61,401 bases of DNA, taken from IMG/VR virus record IMGVR_UViG_3300036805_000115, positions 1 to 61,401 of that record; one strand, given 5' to 3'. The position numbers and the translations under genes are program-made. A model generated the notes under the pieces. It worked only from the letters and a program-made list of their open reading frames with translations. It was not told the DNA's origin and made no database searches. This document shows, piece by piece, positions 59,682-61,401 of the stretch. The first letter of the stretch is position 1, and each line of letters begins with the position of its first letter. The DNA is from a virus (taxonomy: Duplodnaviria; Caudoviricetes).

Positions 59682-59945
59682 GTGACCGAGACCATCGCCG
59701 ATGCGATCCGCGCCGCCGCCCGGCAGCACACCGAGATCGCCGCGCTCGCACACCGCCTCACCCCACGCGAACGGACCCTGCTCCGCCTCGTCGCCCACGG
59801 CAAGACCAACAAGGCCATCGCCCGCGAACTCAACATCACCCCCGGCACCGTCGGGGTCGGCGTCTCCCGGCTCCTCGGCAAACTCGACGCCCGCGACCGG
59901 GCCAATGCTGTCCACATCGGATGGCAGATCGGAATCCTGACGTGA
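59682..59945 (+). CDS. Stand-alone LuxR-type HTH regulator
   Basis: LTPRERTLLRLVAHGKTNKAIAREL.ITPGTV. Confidence 0.85.
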   Translation: MTETIADAIRAAARQHTEIAALAHRLTPRERTLLRLVAHGKTNKAIARELNITPGTVGVGVSRLLGKLDARDRANAVHIGWQIGILT

Positions 59946-60831
59946 GCGGAAGGCCCAACCGCGGCGACCTATACGAGCACACCATCACCGGTGAGATCGC
60001 CGCATACCGAGGCACGACCACAACCCTCGCAGGAGAACCCCTCCTGATCCTGCACAGCGCCAAGTGGGGCGAGTGCAGATGGAGTACCGCCCGAGCTCGC
60101 CGATACACGCCACCCAAGGCCGTGGACAAGCAGAACCAGGGCACCTGAACCGCCAGCTGGCCTCGCGCCGCCGCACCGGACCGCGAGGCCAACTGGAACC
60201 AACCACCAGAGAGGGGGCAACACCGTGACTACCGCAGCACGGCAACCGACCGAAGCGCAGCGCGCGATGGAGAGGCTTCTGCGAGCCGCGAGTGAGGCCG
60301 AAGACGCCGCCGAAGCCGCCCGCGAACTCGCCGCCGAAGTCCAGGACTCGATCGAATCGGAAGAGTTCGACTATCTCGACGAGGACGCGCTCTACGACCT
60401 GAGAGAACTACCGACTGTGGTCCGCAAGCATCACGACAACTCCCACGCCGGCCCGTTCCAGTGGTGCCGCAACCCGGTGTGCCGACACGTCGCCGAAGTG
60501 GGGCTCTCGTGACCGACATCAATCCCGTCACCGAAGGGCGCAGTGAAGCTGCGGCTTGCCCAGCCATCGGGAAGTTTGAAGCACTCGAACTCGGCGAGCT
60601 CGCCGCCGTCGACGCACTGGACTTGATCGCCGATGTCCACGACATCGACCCACGCCAGGTGTACGGACGCCTCACCTTGTGGGCCCGCGATCATCCCCAG
60701 CGTCTTGTCACTGCCGCATTCGCCTTGGCCGCATTCCACGACCCAGAAACCCCGGGCTCGGCGCTTGAGCGCAACGTGCTCGCCGCCCGCCAGCCCGAGG
60801 CGTATAGAAGCGAGAAAGAGACAGCTGCCTG

Positions 60832-61221
60832 ATGCCACCCAAGCCTGAGTTCGTCGATCGCCGCAGCTTCACGCTGCCGAGGCTGATCTATAGCGGCGAC
60901 ATGCTGGACCCGCACGAGATTCACGAGGCCGCGCCGATGGGATGGTCGGTTGCCTTCGTCTATCACGTGTTCGACACCGCCGGCGAGGTGCTCTACGTGG
61001 GCTTCACGGAGACGCCGTTGAACCGATGGCAGGCCCACCGGCGAAAGGCCAATTGGTGGGACTCGGCCACCATGTTGAATCTTTACCAGGTCGACGGGAG
61101 GGATCGGAACACGGCTCAGAACGGGGCTCGACGTTGGGAGTCGCGGGCCATCCACGGCGCGCTTCCCCGGTTCAACCGCCTCGGGCCCGCAAGCCTGCCT
61201 TCGAAGGCGGCGGCTAAGTGA
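60832..61221 (+). CDS. GIY-YIG nuclease-like protein
   Basis: FVYHVF...VLYVG.T....RW..H...WW...E..AI....P.FN. Confidence 0.75.
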   Translation: MPPKPEFVDRRSFTLPRLIYSGDMLDPHEIHEAAPMGWSVAFVYHVFDTAGEVLYVGFTETPLNRWQAHRRKANWWDSATMLNLYQVDGRDRNTAQNGARRWESRAIHGALPRFNRLGPASLPSKAAAK

Positions 61222-61401
61222 GGATTCGATCCACCAAGCCCGAGTTCTGGCGTTCCAAGACCATCGCGGCGATCCCCTGGGATGTACGCCTTGTCCTCAA
61301 GGGACTCGAGTCCTACGTCGACGACAACGGGGTTGGCAAAGACGATATCGCCCTCATTGCCGCCGACGTGTTCCCGCGCGACCTTTCCGCGAGCCCTCGC
61401 G
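61218..61401 (+). CDS. Replication initiator protein, N-terminal part (continues at position 1)
   Basis: GTG overlaps the upstream TGA; MRIRSTKPEFWRS...YVDDNGVG is a typical actinophage replication-initiator N-terminus. Confidence 0.8.
   Translation, partial: MRIRSTKPEFWRSKTIAAIPWDVRLVLKGLESYVDDNGVGKDDIALIAADVFPRDLSASPR
61275..61401 (+). repeat. Terminal 127-bp direct repeat (copy 2)
   Basis: Identical to 1..127. Confidence 0.95.

Larger units (their letters stand above)
1..61401. mobile_element. Complete temperate siphovirus genome (excised/circular form) of an actinomycete
   Basis: Terminase-portal-protease-capsid-tail-lysis order, integrase with a single attP, repressor/antirepressor, identical ends, no host housekeeping genes. 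Confidence 0.95.

Noticed and set aside
61275-61401. Terminal repeat as a biological direct terminal repeat
   Set aside because: It is exactly 127 bp (a common assembler k-mer size), falls inside the rep ORF and is far from the terminase genes, so it is best read as an assembly overlap.

Overview
A complete, circularly assembled temperate siphovirus genome of about 61.3 kb from a high-GC actinomycete; the first and last 127 bp are identical. The GC content, an SsgA-like gene and a TraB gene suggest a filamentous host such as Pseudonocardiales or Streptomycetales (inference). It contains a replication initiator gene spanning the window junction, a long run of small early genes, and an initiator tRNA followed directly by a circularly permuted tRNA-like (YrlA-like) RNA. 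The HK97-type packaging and head module is followed by a large decoration block with LamG proteins and a GT-A-like gene, then tail genes with a -1 frameshift and lysis genes. A tyrosine integrase, an attP matching the 3' half of tRNA-Lys, an immunity region and recombination genes are also present. The most unusual feature is an apparently intact mycelial conjugation module next to attP: TraB/FtsK translocase, clt-like AGTGGA repeat locus, Spd-like membrane protein, lytic transglycosylase and a divergent Kor-like GntR repressor. It has no AICE Rep gene, so this may be a phage that also spreads by TraB conjugation. All calls come from reading motifs by eye; no database searches were run.
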